Assembly (NCBI GenBank): GCA_949297305.1
Contig: CASFSG010000019.1
Span: 133-64,132 of the forward strand
Direction: 5' to 3'
Length of the DNA: 64,000 nucleotides
From: an uncultured bacterium
Lineage (GTDB): Bacteria; Bacillota_I; Bacilli_A; RFN20; CAG-826
Positions 20,716-34,282 of this stretch are shown piece by piece; the stretch's first letter is position 1, and every line of letters starts with the position of its first letter. The position numbers were made by a program, and so were the translations under genes. The notes beneath the pieces were generated by a model. It saw only the letters and a program-made list of their open reading frames with translations. It searched no databases and was not told the DNA's origin.

Positions 20716-21378
20716 ATGGCGATGAATATTATTTTAATGGGTCCTCCAGGCGCTGGAAAAGGTACCCAAGCAAAGAAAATTATTCAAGAATTTGCTATTC
20801 CCCACATTTCCACTGGTGATATGTTTCGCGAAGCGATTAAAAAAGGTACACCTTTAGGTGTCCTTGCTAAATCATATATCGATAAAGGTGATTTGGTTCC
20901 TGACGATGTCACCATTGGTTTAGTAAAAGAACGATTATCGCAAGATGATTGTCAAAAAGGTTATCTCCTCGATGGTTTCCCGCGCACTCTTAAACAAGCG
21001 GAAGCCTTAGAAGGTTTAACAAAAGAAATTGGTAGAGAAATAGCTCTTTGTTTAAACATCGATGTTAATAAAGAAGAGCTCATTCGTCGCATCTCTGGTC
21101 GTCGCGTTTGCAAAAATTGTGGTGCGCCTTATCACATTGAAACTGCCAAACCAAAAGTTGCGGGCGTTTGCGACATTTGTGGCGGACCTCTTTACCAACG
21201 AGCAGATGATAATGTCGAGGCTCTTGAAACGCGTTTAACGCATTATGAGCACGATACCAAACCTCTCTTAGATTTTTATCAAAAGAGAAATCTTCTCATC
21301 TTATTAGATGGCGAAGGAGGTTCGGAGAAATTATTTGCTGAGATTTCTCGTTTATTAAATGAGGTCAGGGATGATTAG
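20716..21378 (+). CDS. adk: adenylate kinase (zinc-lid form)
   Basis: GPPGAGKGTQA P-loop, DGFPRT, lid CKNCG...CDICG. Confidence 0.96.
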   Translation: MAMNIILMGPPGAGKGTQAKKIIQEFAIPHISTGDMFREAIKKGTPLGVLAKSYIDKGDLVPDDVTIGLVKERLSQDDCQKGYLLDGFPRTLKQAEALEGLTKEIGREIALCLNIDVNKEELIRRISGRRVCKNCGAPYHIETAKPKVAGVCDICGGPLYQRADDNVEALETRLTHYEHDTKPLLDFYQKRNLLILLDGEGGSEKLFAEISRLLNEVRDD

Positions 21379-22126
21379 CATTAAAAGCGAACGAGAAATT
21401 GCTTTAATGAAGGAAGCGGGCAGGGTAGTTGCCTTAGTCTTTGATGGGATTAAGGACAAAATTAAACCCGGTCTGACAACCTTAGAACTCGCTGATATTT
21501 GTGAAAATATTATTCGCGAGAATGGAGCCATTCCAACTTTCAAAGATTATCAAGGCTTTAAGGGTGCAGTTTGCATCTCAATCAACGAAGAGCTTGTTCA
21601 TGGTACACCAAGTGCGCATCGTGTATTAAAAAATGGAGACATTGTCTCTGTTGATGTAGGAGCCACCAAACACGGATTTGTCGCTGATGCGTGTCGCACA
21701 TATCCGGTTGGCGTAGTTTCTCAAGAAGCCATGAATTTAATGAAAGTGACCAAAGAAGCATTCTTTGAAGGCTGCAAAGTCATCAAAGAAGGCGTGCATT
21801 TAGGAGATGTATCAAATGCGATTCAAACTTATGTAGAAGCGCATGGTTATTCCTTACCACGCGAATTCTCTGGTCATGGAGTTGGCGAACATCTGCATGA
21901 AGATCCAATGATTTTCAATTATGGTCCTAAAGGTGTAGGTCCTATCTTAAAAGCTGGTATGACTTTAGCGATCGAACCAATGGTTGCTCTTGGTCGCCCA
22001 GAAGTTAGAATCGGCAAAGACGGTTGGGTTGCTAGAATGAAAGATGGTAAATTATCATCTCACTATGAAAACTCAATTGTCGTGACAAAAGATGGTTATG
22101 AAATACTGACGAGGTTAGAAGATTAA
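21371..22126 (+). CDS. map: methionine aminopeptidase type I
   Basis: [18 protein letters not shown] start, [12 protein letters not shown]......D..RT, GHG.G...HE and EP metal-ligand blocks. ATG 21371 has GAGG 6 nt upstream. Confidence 0.93.
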   Translation: MISIKSEREIALMKEAGRVVALVFDGIKDKIKPGLTTLELADICENIIRENGAIPTFKDYQGFKGAVCISINEELVHGTPSAHRVLKNGDIVSVDVGATKHGFVADACRTYPVGVVSQEAMNLMKVTKEAFFEGCKVIKEGVHLGDVSNAIQTYVEAHGYSLPREFSGHGVGEHLHEDPMIFNYGPKGVGPILKAGMTLAIEPMVALGRPEVRIGKDGWVARMKDGKLSSHYENSIVVTKDGYEILTRLED

Positions 22127-22347
22127 TGGCAAAAGCAGATGTTTTTGAAGTCGAGGCGACAGTTGTTGAAAAATTGCCAAACGCAAGTTTCAACGTCATT
22201 CTCTCTAATGGAGTCACCATCATTGCCCACGTTTCTGGCAAAATCCGTATGAATTACATTCGCATCTTACCAGGTGATAAAGTGATGGTCGAAATTTCGC
22301 CTTATGATTTAACACGTGGACGTATCGTTTATCGATACAAAAATTAA
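22126..22347 (+). CDS. infA: translation initiation factor IF-1
   Basis: 73 aa S1-fold. G.V.E.LPNA.F.V.L.NG....AH.SGK.R...IRILPGD.V.VE.SPYDL.RGRI.YR. Confidence 0.96.
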   Translation: MAKADVFEVEATVVEKLPNASFNVILSNGVTIIAHVSGKIRMNYIRILPGDKVMVEISPYDLTRGRIVYRYKN

Positions 22348-22366
22348 TTAAGGAGGATTCATATTT

Positions 22367-22480
22367 ATGAAAGTAAGACCCTCAGTCAAACCGATGTGCG
22401 ATAAATGCAAAGTGATTCGCCGCCATGGCAAGGTCATGGTCATTTGCGAAAATCCTAAGCATAAACAACGCCAAGGTTAA
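22367..22480 (+). CDS. rpmJ: 50S ribosomal protein L36 (zinc-binding form)
   Basis: Manual translation [46 protein letters not shown]. Too short for the ORF track. Confidence 0.95.
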   Translation: MKVRPSVKPMCDKCKVIRRHGKVMVICENPKHKQRQG

Positions 22481-22499
22481 TTTATAGGAGGAAAGAAAT

Positions 22500-22874
22500 T
22501 TGGCACGTATTGTTGGTGTAGATATACCAAATGATAAACGCGTTGTTATCTCTTTAACTTATATCTATGGAATTGGATTAACAACTGCGAAGAAAATCTG
22601 CAGGGACGCTAATGTCAGCGAAGATATTCGCGTCAAAAATTTAAGTGAAGAACAAATTACTCGCATTCGCGCGGAAATCAGCAAATATAAAGTTGAAGGT
22701 GATCTCCGCCGTGAAGTAGCGATGGATATTAAAAGACTTACCGAAATTGGTTGCTACCGTGGTCTAAGACATCGTCATGGTTTACCAGTCCGCGGTCAAA
22801 GAACGAGAACGAACGCTCGCACACGAAAAGGTAAAGCAAAAACCATCGCTAATAAGAAGAAAGCTGTCAAGTAA
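22500..22874 (+). CDS. rpsM: 30S ribosomal protein S13
   Basis: TTG start. [25 protein letters not shown] and [16 protein letters not shown] blocks. Confidence 0.95.
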   Translation: MARIVGVDIPNDKRVVISLTYIYGIGLTTAKKICRDANVSEDIRVKNLSEEQITRIRAEISKYKVEGDLRREVAMDIKRLTEIGCYRGLRHRHGLPVRGQRTRTNARTRKGKAKTIANKKKAVK

Positions 22875-22888
22875 AGGAGGTAAATGTT

Positions 22889-23278
22889 ATGGCGACAAAA
22901 TCAACTACACGCAAGAAAAAAATTAAACGCGCATATACTAAAGGTAGAGCCCATATTCATTCTACCTTCAATAACACAATTGTGACTATTTCTGATGAAA
23001 ATGGTAATGTTATTGCTTGGAGTAGCGCAGGTGCCTTAGGTTATAAGGGTGCAAAAAAATCCACTCCATTTGCTGCTCAAATGGCTGGCGAAGCGGCTGG
23101 TAAAATGGCTTTTGATCAAGGTCTAAGAACTGTTGATGTCAATGTTAAAGGACCAGGTCCAGGTCGCGAAAGTGCGATTAGAGCATTATCAAATAGTGGT
23201 TTGCAAGTTTTATCAATTACTGATAAGACACCAATTCCACATAATGGCTGCCGCCCACCAAAAAGACCACGTAGATAG
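22889..23278 (+). CDS. rpsK: 30S ribosomal protein S11
   Basis: [17 protein letters not shown]...[16 protein letters not shown] and [16 protein letters not shown]. Confidence 0.97.
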   Translation: MATKSTTRKKKIKRAYTKGRAHIHSTFNNTIVTISDENGNVIAWSSAGALGYKGAKKSTPFAAQMAGEAAGKMAFDQGLRTVDVNVKGPGPGRESAIRALSNSGLQVLSITDKTPIPHNGCRPPKRPRR

Positions 23279-23290
23279 GAGGAATAATCG

Positions 23291-24265
23291 ATGGCTAAAT
23301 TAGCAAATCCATTTGAAAAGAGCGATTTTAAAGTCGCAAAAGTTGATGAAAACGATAACTATGGTAAATTTGTTATCGAGCCTCTTGAACGTGGCTATGG
23401 TTTAACAATTGGCAATTCTTTGCGCCGCGTCTTATTATCTTCTCTTCCCGGTGCTTCAATTTACGCAATTGAAGTCGAAGGAGCTCGCCACGAATTTAGC
23501 GCACTTCATGGCGTTGTCGAAGATGTGACTGGCATCATTCTTAATTTAAAAGACTTAGTTTTAAAAATTGATGATGATGATAATCAACCTAAAAGGTTAG
23601 TTATCGATGTAAGCGGACCTAAAGTTGTAACTGCTGGCGATATTATTCTCCCAGCCTTTGTCAGTGTTGTTAATCCTGATTTAGAAATTGCCCATGTTGC
23701 TGAAGGTGGTCATTTAAAAATGACGATGTTTGCTAGAAACGGCCGCGGCTATGTTACTAGTGAAGGCAATAAAATGGATCGGGCAACTCGTCCAGTTGGC
23801 ATCATTTCTACCGATTCTAATTATTCGCCTGTCACCCGTGTGTCTTATTTAGTTGAGCCAACTCGCGTTGGTCATGATTCCCGTTTTGATAAACTCACCA
23901 TCGAAGTTTGGACAAATGGTTCAATTCGTCCTGATAGCGCGATTGCTTTAGCAGCTGAAATGCTTGTGGTCAATTTAAAACCATTCACTGAACTTGAAAA
24001 GACTGTGGAAGAAATTAACATGGTGAAAGAAGAAGTTGCCGTACCGGAAGATAAATACGAAGGTATGACAATTGAAGAACTTGATCTCTCTGTTCGTTCT
24101 TATAATTGCTTAAAAAGAGCCTCTATTCTTAGTATCTCTGATTTAACTCAAAAGACCGAAGAAGAGATGATGAAATATAAAAATTTAGGTAAGAAATCGC
24201 TCAAGGAAATTAAAGAAAAATTAGCGGCTTTAGGCCTTTCCTTCCGCGAAAATATCCCTGAATAG
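23291..24265 (+). CDS. rpoA: DNA-directed RNA polymerase subunit alpha
   Basis: GKFVIEPLERGYG.T.GNSLRRVLLSSLPG N-terminal domain. C-terminal LDLSVRSYNCLKRA...L.....EE.M....NLGKKSL.EI domain. Confidence 0.97.
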   Translation: MAKLANPFEKSDFKVAKVDENDNYGKFVIEPLERGYGLTIGNSLRRVLLSSLPGASIYAIEVEGARHEFSALHGVVEDVTGIILNLKDLVLKIDDDDNQPKRLVIDVSGPKVVTAGDIILPAFVSVVNPDLEIAHVAEGGHLKMTMFARNGRGYVTSEGNKMDRATRPVGIISTDSNYSPVTRVSYLVEPTRVGHDSRFDKLTIEVWTNGSIRPDSAIALAAEMLVVNLKPFTELEKTVEEINMVKEEVAVPEDKYEGMTIEELDLSVRSYNCLKRASILSISDLTQKTEEEMMKYKNLGKKSLKEIKEKLAALGLSFRENIPE

Positions 24266-24274
24266 GAGGTTAAT

Positions 24275-24670
24275 ATGGCTAGAGAAGGTCGTAAGAATGT
24301 TCATGGTAAAGCTGGCGTTAGATTTAAAGCCGGTTATACCAAAAGTAAACATGAAAATAAATTGCGCACTTTGGTGACTGACTTAATTATTCATGAAAGA
24401 GTGACAGTCACTAGTGGCGTCGCTCAAGATTTGAAGAGCAAAGCTGATCATTTAGTGACATTAGCGAAACGTGGTGATTTACACGCTCGCCGTCAAGCCG
24501 CAAGTGTTCTTCGCGATATAAAAGCTGATGAAAATCGTTCAGCTTTAGATAAATTATTTGCGGAAATTGGCCCTCGTTATGCCGCTCGTAATGGCGGTTA
24601 TACGCGAGCAATTAAAGCGAATAATCGTCGTGGCGATAATGCCCAAATGGTTATTATCGAATTAGTGTAA
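24275..24670 (+). CDS. rplQ: 50S ribosomal protein L17
   Basis: A...R.L...LI.HERV.T....A.......D.L.TLAKRGDLHARRQA and Y..R.GGYTR core. Confidence 0.95.
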   Translation: MAREGRKNVHGKAGVRFKAGYTKSKHENKLRTLVTDLIIHERVTVTSGVAQDLKSKADHLVTLAKRGDLHARRQAASVLRDIKADENRSALDKLFAEIGPRYAARNGGYTRAIKANNRRGDNAQMVIIELV

Positions 24671-24699
24671 TTTATTTTTGTTATATTATTGTTAAAATT

Positions 24700-24726
24700 A
24701 GGTCACCAATTGGTGGCCTTTTTTAT
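24700..24726 (+). terminator. rho-independent terminator ending the ribosomal superoperon
   Basis: AGGTCACCA-ATT-GGTGGCCT hairpin followed by TTTTT. Confidence 0.8.
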
Positions 24727-24953
24727 ATATGATAAGGCTTTAGTAAATAAGACTATACTAAATAAAACTCGATTTATTTTGCTAAAACTTAGAATCTATT
24801 AAATAGAATGGTGTCGAAAAATCGCCCAAATTTTATTAAACAGGCCTTCTTTTATACAATATTTGAGAAGTTAATTAAAATAAATTATATAAATGTTTAA
24901 AAATAAATTTAATCTAAAATTACCAAAAAATGAGATTTTTTTATATTTATGTA

Positions 24954-24980
24954 TTGAAACAACTTGTTTTTCTGTATAAT
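24954..24980 (+). promoter_or_regulatory. candidate promoter of the 25028-28263 module
   Basis: TTGAAA (24954-24959), 15-nt spacer, extended -10 TGTATAAT (TATAAT 24975-24980). Confidence 0.4.
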
Positions 24981-25027
24981 TAAATTAAAGTGAGTAAACA
25001 TTCTTAATAGCGAAAGGAGTAAGCGTT

Positions 25028-25693
25028 ATGAAAAAATATTTGTTGTCATTTCTTTTGTTTCCTATCTTACTTTCCTCTTGTGTAATAATTATTGACAAGA
25101 TTTTGCCTGATGAAATAGTTTCTTATTATCAAGATATTCCAATTGTCAAACCTAAAAAACAAGATTTTAAAGCATCAAAGATGTATTATGGCGACGATGA
25201 TGTTTATTATCAAGAATATCAAACGCCGCCTGGAGTAATTTATTCTCCTATTGACTCAACAACAGAAATTGAACCACGTGCCGCTTTTCGTAATGATATG
25301 CGTTATCGAAGAATTCAAAATGGAGATTCGTTATTTTTTGTCTATTTCCATGGCTACAATATGCTGCCAAAAGAAGATGAAATTGATAAAAATAAATTTT
25401 ATTGTTTAGCATATGATTTTAATACTAATAGCTCATTTACTATTGCTGAAATTATGTATAATTACGGCAGCGAAGAATATGTTTATTTTAAAGAACCACT
25501 CCATTTTAAGTTCACAACATATTTTGATTTAAGTATCTCGATTGATTCATCATATCTAAATACTTCATTTAGAATTAATTTTTATTTAATAACCTTGGAT
25601 AAAATAACTAACGAAACATTTAATTTAGATCGAATTAGTGTTGATGTGATATCGCAAGGCGGGAAATTTATTTTAAATAATTTAATACCATAG
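25028..25693 (+). CDS. lipoprotein, unknown function
   Basis: Signal peptide with lipobox ILLSSC. AGGAG RBS. Y/F/D/N-rich mature part with no motif I recognise. Confidence 0.6.
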   Translation: MKKYLLSFLLFPILLSSCVIIIDKILPDEIVSYYQDIPIVKPKKQDFKASKMYYGDDDVYYQEYQTPPGVIYSPIDSTTEIEPRAAFRNDMRYRRIQNGDSLFFVYFHGYNMLPKEDEIDKNKFYCLAYDFNTNSSFTIAEIMYNYGSEEYVYFKEPLHFKFTTYFDLSISIDSSYLNTSFRINFYLITLDKITNETFNLDRISVDVISQGGKFILNNLIP

Positions 25694-25712
25694 TCAAAAG
25701 GAGGAAATAAAA

Positions 25713-27395
25713 ATGTTAAATAAAATCTTTATTTTATCGTTATTAATTTATTTGTTTCCGGTTTCGTCAATAAATAGTTATTTAAAGTCATATAATGTAA
25801 ATAGTCAGGCGAATTTCTCTAGTGATTCTTCGAGCAACGATGATTTACCTAATAATGATGAGATTTTAGCTTGTATGTCAGAATATCAAAATATCCTCAA
25901 CAACATTAGCAATGGTAATCAAAATACTGGGACACCAGTGAATGGTTCAGTTAGATGGAGTGACGATAATAATTCATTACATTGGTGCAATTCTGTTATA
26001 TTATCTATTGATTATAGAACATATGGTTCGAGTAATAGATATATTGAATATTTTGAAACAAACGATAGTGGAATTTTCAATTATAAAACAGTCCATCAGA
26101 TGGATATTGGAAGCAATATTTATTTACGTATATATGCTGCTTCAACATATGGAATTGTAGCGATGGATAAAACCCCATCATTGTATTACATTGAAAAGGA
26201 AATTCATTCGCAATTTAATAGTCATTCACCATACATTTCTAATATAGTTTGGGTACGTGATTTAGATACAAACGGTCGTTTCTTCGGTGAGGCATTCCAA
26301 ATCGCCCAAGCTGCTACATATGCTGCAGAATATGCAAAATACTTAAACAATAATGTTGGGCTTGAGAATTGCTCGATTATTTATCCAACAAAGTTGCAAT
26401 CATATTTGGATGAAAATGGCGGGCATGCTGATGCATATTATACAAACAATTCAATATTTATTGGACAGGAATATACAAGTAGCCAATTATTTCCTAATTC
26501 TTATGCATCTTGGGACACAATTTTTCATGAGTATGCCCACCATGTACAATATAATCTTGATATTGCTAACAATCCAGGCGGAACTCATTATATTAATATG
26601 AATATGTGCGATGTTTATATGGAAGGATATAAAGATAATAGTGGCGCTTTCATTATTCAACCACAAAGCCCAACAAACGCTAAATCTAAAGGAGTTAGAA
26701 TAAGTTGGGGTGAAGGCTGGGCGTCTTTTTTTGCAGTCTGCGTATCCAATTATTTTTCTGATGAAATTTCTGATATCGAATTTCAAAATGATAACTATAT
26801 GACACAAACAAATGGCGTACATTTTTCTCTCGATAATCCATTTGTTTATCGATATGGCGAAGGTTCAGAAATAAACATTGCGTCTTTCATGTTTAAGATA
26901 TCAAACTATGATTTAACTGCTGATACATTTGATAGTGTTGCTATTGATGATAAGACTCTTTTTGATGTTGCGCTTTATACAAAGCCAGATTCATTTAGTG
27001 ATTATCTCTATGAACTAAATGCTGTTTATGAAAGTTCATATTATCAAGAAATTGGCAAATTATTAGAATTTTATCGTATTTCACCATACGATGTAGAATT
27101 AGTATACCCTTCTTATGGAGGAACAGGACAAATAACATGGGAAAATGGGGCCTGTGGTCATAATTATTTTCCTAATACTCGCTTTGACTTAGAAATAAGA
27201 TTTTATGCTCCAGTTAATTATTTCTATAAAACCAATATTACTGGCAATTCATATACTTTCACTTATAGTGAATGGCAAACTTATAAAGACTATGAAATAG
27301 AGCGAATTGTTATTAAAGGATATGACGATAATTATTATGCTACTGGTCCTTATCAATCTAGTGGAGAATTTCTTGAAAGTTACTCAATTATGTAA
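25713..27395 (+). CDS. secreted protein with a single HExxH motif (putative zinc metallopeptidase)
   Basis: N-terminal signal sequence. FHEYAHHVQ (HExxH) mid-protein, followed by downstream E/GEGWASFF. AAAGGAGG RBS 19 nt after the previous stop. Confidence 0.5.
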   Translation: MLNKIFILSLLIYLFPVSSINSYLKSYNVNSQANFSSDSSSNDDLPNNDEILACMSEYQNILNNISNGNQNTGTPVNGSVRWSDDNNSLHWCNSVILSIDYRTYGSSNRYIEYFETNDSGIFNYKTVHQMDIGSNIYLRIYAASTYGIVAMDKTPSLYYIEKEIHSQFNSHSPYISNIVWVRDLDTNGRFFGEAFQIAQAATYAAEYAKYLNNNVGLENCSIIYPTKLQSYLDENGGHADAYYTNNSIFIGQEYTSSQLFPNSYASWDTIFHEYAHHVQYNLDIANNPGGTHYINMNMCDVYMEGYKDNSGAFIIQPQSPTNAKSKGVRISWGEGWASFFAVCVSNYFSDEISDIEFQNDNYMTQTNGVHFSLDNPFVYRYGEGSEINIASFMFKISNYDLTADTFDSVAIDDKTLFDVALYTKPDSFSDYLYELNAVYESSYYQEIGKLLEFYRISPYDVELVYPSYGGTGQITWENGACGHNYFPNTRFDLEIRFYAPVNYFYKTNITGNSYTFTYSEWQTYKDYEIERIVIKGYDDNYYATGPYQSSGEFLESYSIM

Positions 27396-27414
27396 CACTT
27401 AAGGAGGAAAAATT

Positions 27415-28263
27415 ATGGAAAATAAAATGATCAAACCGCATTTGCTATTAACAAATGGTTTAAACATTATCTCAATTATTCTATTTACTTACTTTCTATT
27501 GTTGAATGGTAGTCACTTTACGGATTTAATGGTGATTGAAGAAATTTTTGTTCTTGCTGACGGATATAAGAATGTTGTCATTCCAATAATGGGAATTATT
27601 TTTATCTATTTATCTGGATTAATATCAATATTACTTTTTATTTTTAAATTTATAAATTTGAATAATATTGATAAATATCTTAATCCTTTTGGAGCAGTTA
27701 TATCTTTGATTGGTCTAGCTTTAATAAGCATGAATTCTACCTTAGTAGTAGAGGTTGAAGATTTTATTGTCTTCAATGTGATTTATACGCTTGTCATTTT
27801 CTTATCAATATCAATATCTTTTAAACCTTTGTTAGATAGCTTTAAATCTAAATCGGTTAAAATATCGTTTTTTGTGATTATTCCGTTATTAATATATTTT
27901 TTAGTAGCAATTTATTTTATTTACATTTTCCAACGTGTTTGGGCGGCAAGCTTTGCAACAAGAGTAATTTATTATCTTGTTAGAGGAATCATTATTGGGT
28001 TAGGTTTATTGGCCCTTACTAGCATTATTCTAATAAAAGTTAAAATCAAAGACTATTATAAACTTATTATATATTTAGTAGCCTTTTTAATTGGTTTTAT
28101 TCTTGGATTTATCTTTGTTAAGGATAATCCACCTAGTCAATCCTTTTATGATGCGCGTAATATGTACATAAATCTAGTTGCTATCATTTTAGCCCTAGCG
28201 ACACCATCATTATTTTTCCGTTTCAATTTAGGAATTATTGATAATAATGTAATTTCTAATTAA
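27415..28263 (+). CDS. polytopic membrane protein (~8 TM), unknown function
   Basis: Hydrophobic segments run throughout. AAGGAGG RBS 19 nt after the previous stop. No recognisable motif. Confidence 0.55.
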   Translation: MENKMIKPHLLLTNGLNIISIILFTYFLLLNGSHFTDLMVIEEIFVLADGYKNVVIPIMGIIFIYLSGLISILLFIFKFINLNNIDKYLNPFGAVISLIGLALISMNSTLVVEVEDFIVFNVIYTLVIFLSISISFKPLLDSFKSKSVKISFFVIIPLLIYFLVAIYFIYIFQRVWAASFATRVIYYLVRGIIIGLGLLALTSIILIKVKIKDYYKLIIYLVAFLIGFILGFIFVKDNPPSQSFYDARNMYINLVAIILALATPSLFFRFNLGIIDNNVISN

Positions 28264-28417
28264 TTTCAAAAATTAATCTCAAATTTTATAGCAATACAAA
28301 TAAAAAGCTTGCAATAGGGCGATATTTTTATTGATTTAATTTAAAATTAACAATAGATTTTAATTATTTAAATAGAATATTTAAGTTAGATTGTTTACAA
28401 TATTTTATCGAGGTTAG

Positions 28418-30866
<2,449 letters not shown>

Positions 30867-30867
30867 A

Positions 30868-31713
30868 ATGAAAGAATTTTTAAGCAAAAGAAATCAAGCT
30901 AAAAAAGAATCGTTTATCTATTTTTTAATAGCAGGCGTTTCATTGATTGTTTCTTTAATTTTTCTTATTGTTCAACTAGTTTGTTATTGGGAATATTATT
31001 TCTTTATGCCTTTCTTTTTAGGACTTATTTTATTTTTAATATTTTTAGTGCTTGCGTTAGCAAAAAAGGAACTATTTCTTGCAAAGAACAAAAGTATTTT
31101 AATTAATGAATTATTAAAAGAACAATATGTAAATGCTCTTTATAGACCAATCAATGGTTTAAAAAAAGATGATTTGAAAAGCGCGAATGTTTTCAATTTT
31201 AAACACACTTTTTTTGCCTTTAATACAATTACTGGCGATTATAATAATCAACATTTTATTATGTCGGATTTGAAAGTCTATCGGGTAAAACCAATTATTA
31301 ATACCAAATATTCTAATTATGTTTATTTAGAACTTTCCTTGCCTTATGAAATATCGTCCTCTTTATTGATTTATAAGAATAACATTTCGAATGTCGCCGA
31401 TCTTAAACATTTATTTCCAATGACAAATGAAAAGCAGGTCGATGAGTTTATAATTTCCTATTATGATGAAAAAGAATTCATATCGTTAATTAAAGAAGAC
31501 ACCTTGAAGAAAATTGATGATATTTTAAAAGCCATTGACGCGAATAAAATCATTATCATTTTCGAACGTAAACACATTAATGTTTATATCGAAAATAAGA
31601 ATTTTAATCTAGATAAAATCCCTTTCTATCATCAGGATAGTCAAGAATATTTAACCCAGCGCTCTAACTACCTTGCTCTAGCAAAAAACTTATTTGATAA
31701 TCTTTCTCGTTAA
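30868..31713 (+). CDS. 2-TM membrane protein, DUF3137-like, tandem paralogue
   Basis: Same architecture as 30030-30866. ATG lies 1 nt after the upstream TGA. Contains TITGDYNNQHFIMSDLKVYR. Confidence 0.5.
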   Translation: MKEFLSKRNQAKKESFIYFLIAGVSLIVSLIFLIVQLVCYWEYYFFMPFFLGLILFLIFLVLALAKKELFLAKNKSILINELLKEQYVNALYRPINGLKKDDLKSANVFNFKHTFFAFNTITGDYNNQHFIMSDLKVYRVKPIINTKYSNYVYLELSLPYEISSSLLIYKNNISNVADLKHLFPMTNEKQVDEFIISYYDEKEFISLIKEDTLKKIDDILKAIDANKIIIIFERKHINVYIENKNFNLDKIPFYHQDSQEYLTQRSNYLALAKNLFDNLSR

Positions 31714-31799
31714 TTAATCCCTCTTTTATTCAATTTTCTTTCAAAGAGATTTTTTGCATCTAGTAACAAAAGTATAGTAAAATTAAATAAGAGGTAAAA

Positions 31800-33029
31800 A
31801 TGATGAAAGAAAGATATTTATTAGACTACGAGAAACCTTTATCGCCTTTAGGCGTGATTGAAGAGGCTTCGCGATGTTTATTATGTTATGACGCACCATG
31901 TTCTAAAGAGTGTCCTGCTCACACTGAACCGGATAAATTTATTAGGGCTGTACGTTTTCATAATTTTGATGGCGCGGCTGAAATCGTTCGCGAGAACAAT
32001 GTTTTAGGCGGTATCTGTGCGCGCGTCTGTCCAAGTGAAAAATTATGCCAAAAAGGTTGTTTAAGAGCAGGTTTAGATAAGCCAATTAATATTCCATTAA
32101 TTCAACGCTTTATTACCGATTTTGAAGAGGACACTAAAATGGACATTCTAGCTAAAGGTAAAGATAATGGCAAAAAAGTTGCTTTCATCGGTAGTGGACC
32201 TTCTGCTTTAGAGGCAAGTTATGTATTAATTAACAAGGGTTATAAAGTTAAAATATATGAAAAAGAAAATGTATTAGGTGGAGCGCTTAGATTGATTCCG
32301 CCATATCGGCTAAATGATCAAGTTATCGATCAAGAAATTAATAAAATTATTAAGCTAGGTTTAGAATATGAATTGAATGTTGAAGTTGGTAAAGATATTC
32401 CTTTGAATGAACTTCTTGATGAATTTGATGCTGTTATATTAGATGCTGGTTTAAGTTATGGAAAATCTTTAACGATGTTCGATAATTACAATAATGTTGA
32501 ATTAGCTATTGATTTTTTAAGAAGAGTCAAAAAAGAAAAAGGAAGTATCCCTTTAGATGATAATTATTTAGTAATTGGTGGTGGCGATGTCGCGATGGAT
32601 GTTGTGACGACTTTAAAAATGTTAGGCGTGCAATATGTTAACGATGTCGTTTATGAAACTTTTGATGAATTTAAAGCTAGCGAAAAGGAATTGACGAACG
32701 CTAGAAGCGAAAAAGTTTCGATTATTGATGGCTATGTTCCAGTTGCTTATGATGGAAAAGTAGTAACCTTCAAACATCGTTTCTTAGAAAATGAGTTAAA
32801 AATTAAAGCTAATAAGATAATTCTTGCAATAGGCCAATGCGCAAAGTTAGATGGATTTGATGTCGCGATAGAAAAAGGTGAAGTTGCTTCTAAAATGTAT
32901 CATATCCGCGATAATTTCTTTGTATCTGGCGATTTAGCTCCTTCTAAGCAGAGCAAAACCGTCGTTGGAGCAGTGCGGGTTGGTAAAGAAGTCGCCTATT
33001 ATGTTGACGCTTATTTAGGAGGAAAATAA
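31800..33029 (+). CDS. preT: NAD-dependent dihydropyrimidine dehydrogenase subunit PreT-like (GltD-like Fe-S flavoprotein)
   Basis: N-terminal Cys clusters ([29 protein letters not shown]). [14 protein letters not shown] dinucleotide fold. Second GGGDVAMD fold. Confidence 0.75.
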   Translation: MMKERYLLDYEKPLSPLGVIEEASRCLLCYDAPCSKECPAHTEPDKFIRAVRFHNFDGAAEIVRENNVLGGICARVCPSEKLCQKGCLRAGLDKPINIPLIQRFITDFEEDTKMDILAKGKDNGKKVAFIGSGPSALEASYVLINKGYKVKIYEKENVLGGALRLIPPYRLNDQVIDQEINKIIKLGLEYELNVEVGKDIPLNELLDEFDAVILDAGLSYGKSLTMFDNYNNVELAIDFLRRVKKEKGSIPLDDNYLVIGGGDVAMDVVTTLKMLGVQYVNDVVYETFDEFKASEKELTNARSEKVSIIDGYVPVAYDGKVVTFKHRFLENELKIKANKIILAIGQCAKLDGFDVAIEKGEVASKMYHIRDNFFVSGDLAPSKQSKTVVGAVRVGKEVAYYVDAYLGGK

Positions 33030-33031
33030 TT

Positions 33032-34279
33032 ATGGTTAAGAAAGATTTATCAATTACATTTTTAGGCGTTAAATTTCCAAATCCTTTTTGCCTTTCTTCT
33101 TCTCCGGTTGGCAATTGTTATGATATGTGTAAAAAAGCTTATCAAAGCGGCTGGGGTGGCGTCGTTTTTAAAACCATTGGACCAAAACATTATTTGATTG
33201 ACGAGGTCTCTCCTCGCTTCGATAAATTAAATAAAGAAAGCACGCCTTTTGTTGGCTTTAAAAACATGGAACAAATCGCTGAACATTCCTTAGAAGAAAA
33301 TTTAGCAGATTTAAAGCGTTTAAAAGCGGAATTTCCCGATAAAGTTTTAATTGCTTCTATTATGGGTTCAAACGAAGAAGATTGGACCGAACTTGCTCGT
33401 TTAGTCACATTAGCTGGTGCTGATATGATTGAAATGAACTTATCTTGTCCTCAAATGACTTCGCATGCAATGGGGAGCGATGTTGGCACAAATCCTGAAC
33501 TATGTAGAAGGTATTGTATTGCAGTTAAAAAAGGTTCCTCCTTACCAATGATGGCAAAGATGACGCCTAATATAACTGATATGGTGCCTGTAGCCATTGC
33601 TTGCTTAGAAGGTGGGGCGGATGGCATAAGTGCGATTAATACAATCAAATCCATTTGTAATATAGATTTAGATAAATGCGTTGGTTTACCGATTATTGAT
33701 GGTAAATCAGCTATTTCTGGTTATTCTGGCAAAGCAATCAAGCCAGTTGCCTTAAGGTTTATTCAACAAATGCGCGCTGATCCTCGCTTAGCTAATTTAG
33801 AGATTTCAGGCATCGGGGGAATTGAAACATGGATGGACGCGGTGGAATTTATTTTGGTCGGCGCTTCTACTTTGCAAGTAACTACTGCAATTATGCAATA
33901 TGGCTATCGTATCATCGATGATCTAACCAATGGTTTGATGCATTACATGAATAAAAAAGGCGTGGAGCATTTATCTGATTTAGTTGGCTTAGCAAATAAA
34001 AACATTATTCCAGCCGAAGAACTCAATCGCGACTATATTGTTCATCCTGCGCTTGATAAGGATAAATGTGTACATTGTGGCCGCTGCTATATCTCTTGCT
34101 ATGATGGCGCGCATCAAGCAATTAGTTGGGACAAAGATAATCGTTTACCTGTCTTTGATGAAAATAAATGTGTCGGATGTCTGCTTTGTGGACATGTTTG
34201 TCCTAGCGGGGCTATCAGTTTAGGCGAAATTACAATCAAGCCGCATCGCCAAACAAAAATAGCTGATATCAAATTATAA
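33032..34279 (+). CDS. preA: NAD-dependent dihydropyrimidine dehydrogenase subunit PreA-like (DHODH-fold plus 2x[4Fe-4S])
   Basis: DHODH-like TIM barrel ([22 protein letters not shown]) with C-terminal [11 protein letters not shown] and [12 protein letters not shown] ferredoxin motifs. Confidence 0.8.
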   Translation: MVKKDLSITFLGVKFPNPFCLSSSPVGNCYDMCKKAYQSGWGGVVFKTIGPKHYLIDEVSPRFDKLNKESTPFVGFKNMEQIAEHSLEENLADLKRLKAEFPDKVLIASIMGSNEEDWTELARLVTLAGADMIEMNLSCPQMTSHAMGSDVGTNPELCRRYCIAVKKGSSLPMMAKMTPNITDMVPVAIACLEGGADGISAINTIKSICNIDLDKCVGLPIIDGKSAISGYSGKAIKPVALRFIQQMRADPRLANLEISGIGGIETWMDAVEFILVGASTLQVTTAIMQYGYRIIDDLTNGLMHYMNKKGVEHLSDLVGLANKNIIPAEELNRDYIVHPALDKDKCVHCGRCYISCYDGAHQAISWDKDNRLPVFDENKCVGCLLCGHVCPSGAISLGEITIKPHRQTKIADIKL

Positions 34280-34282
34280 ATA

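Noticed and set aside
24808-24900. 30-codon ORF (MVSKNRPNFIKQAFFYTIFEKLIKINYINV) in the rplQ-lipoprotein spacer
   Set aside because: It has no Shine-Dalgarno sequence and AT-rich random-looking composition, and it lies upstream of the predicted promoter. It is most likely non-coding.
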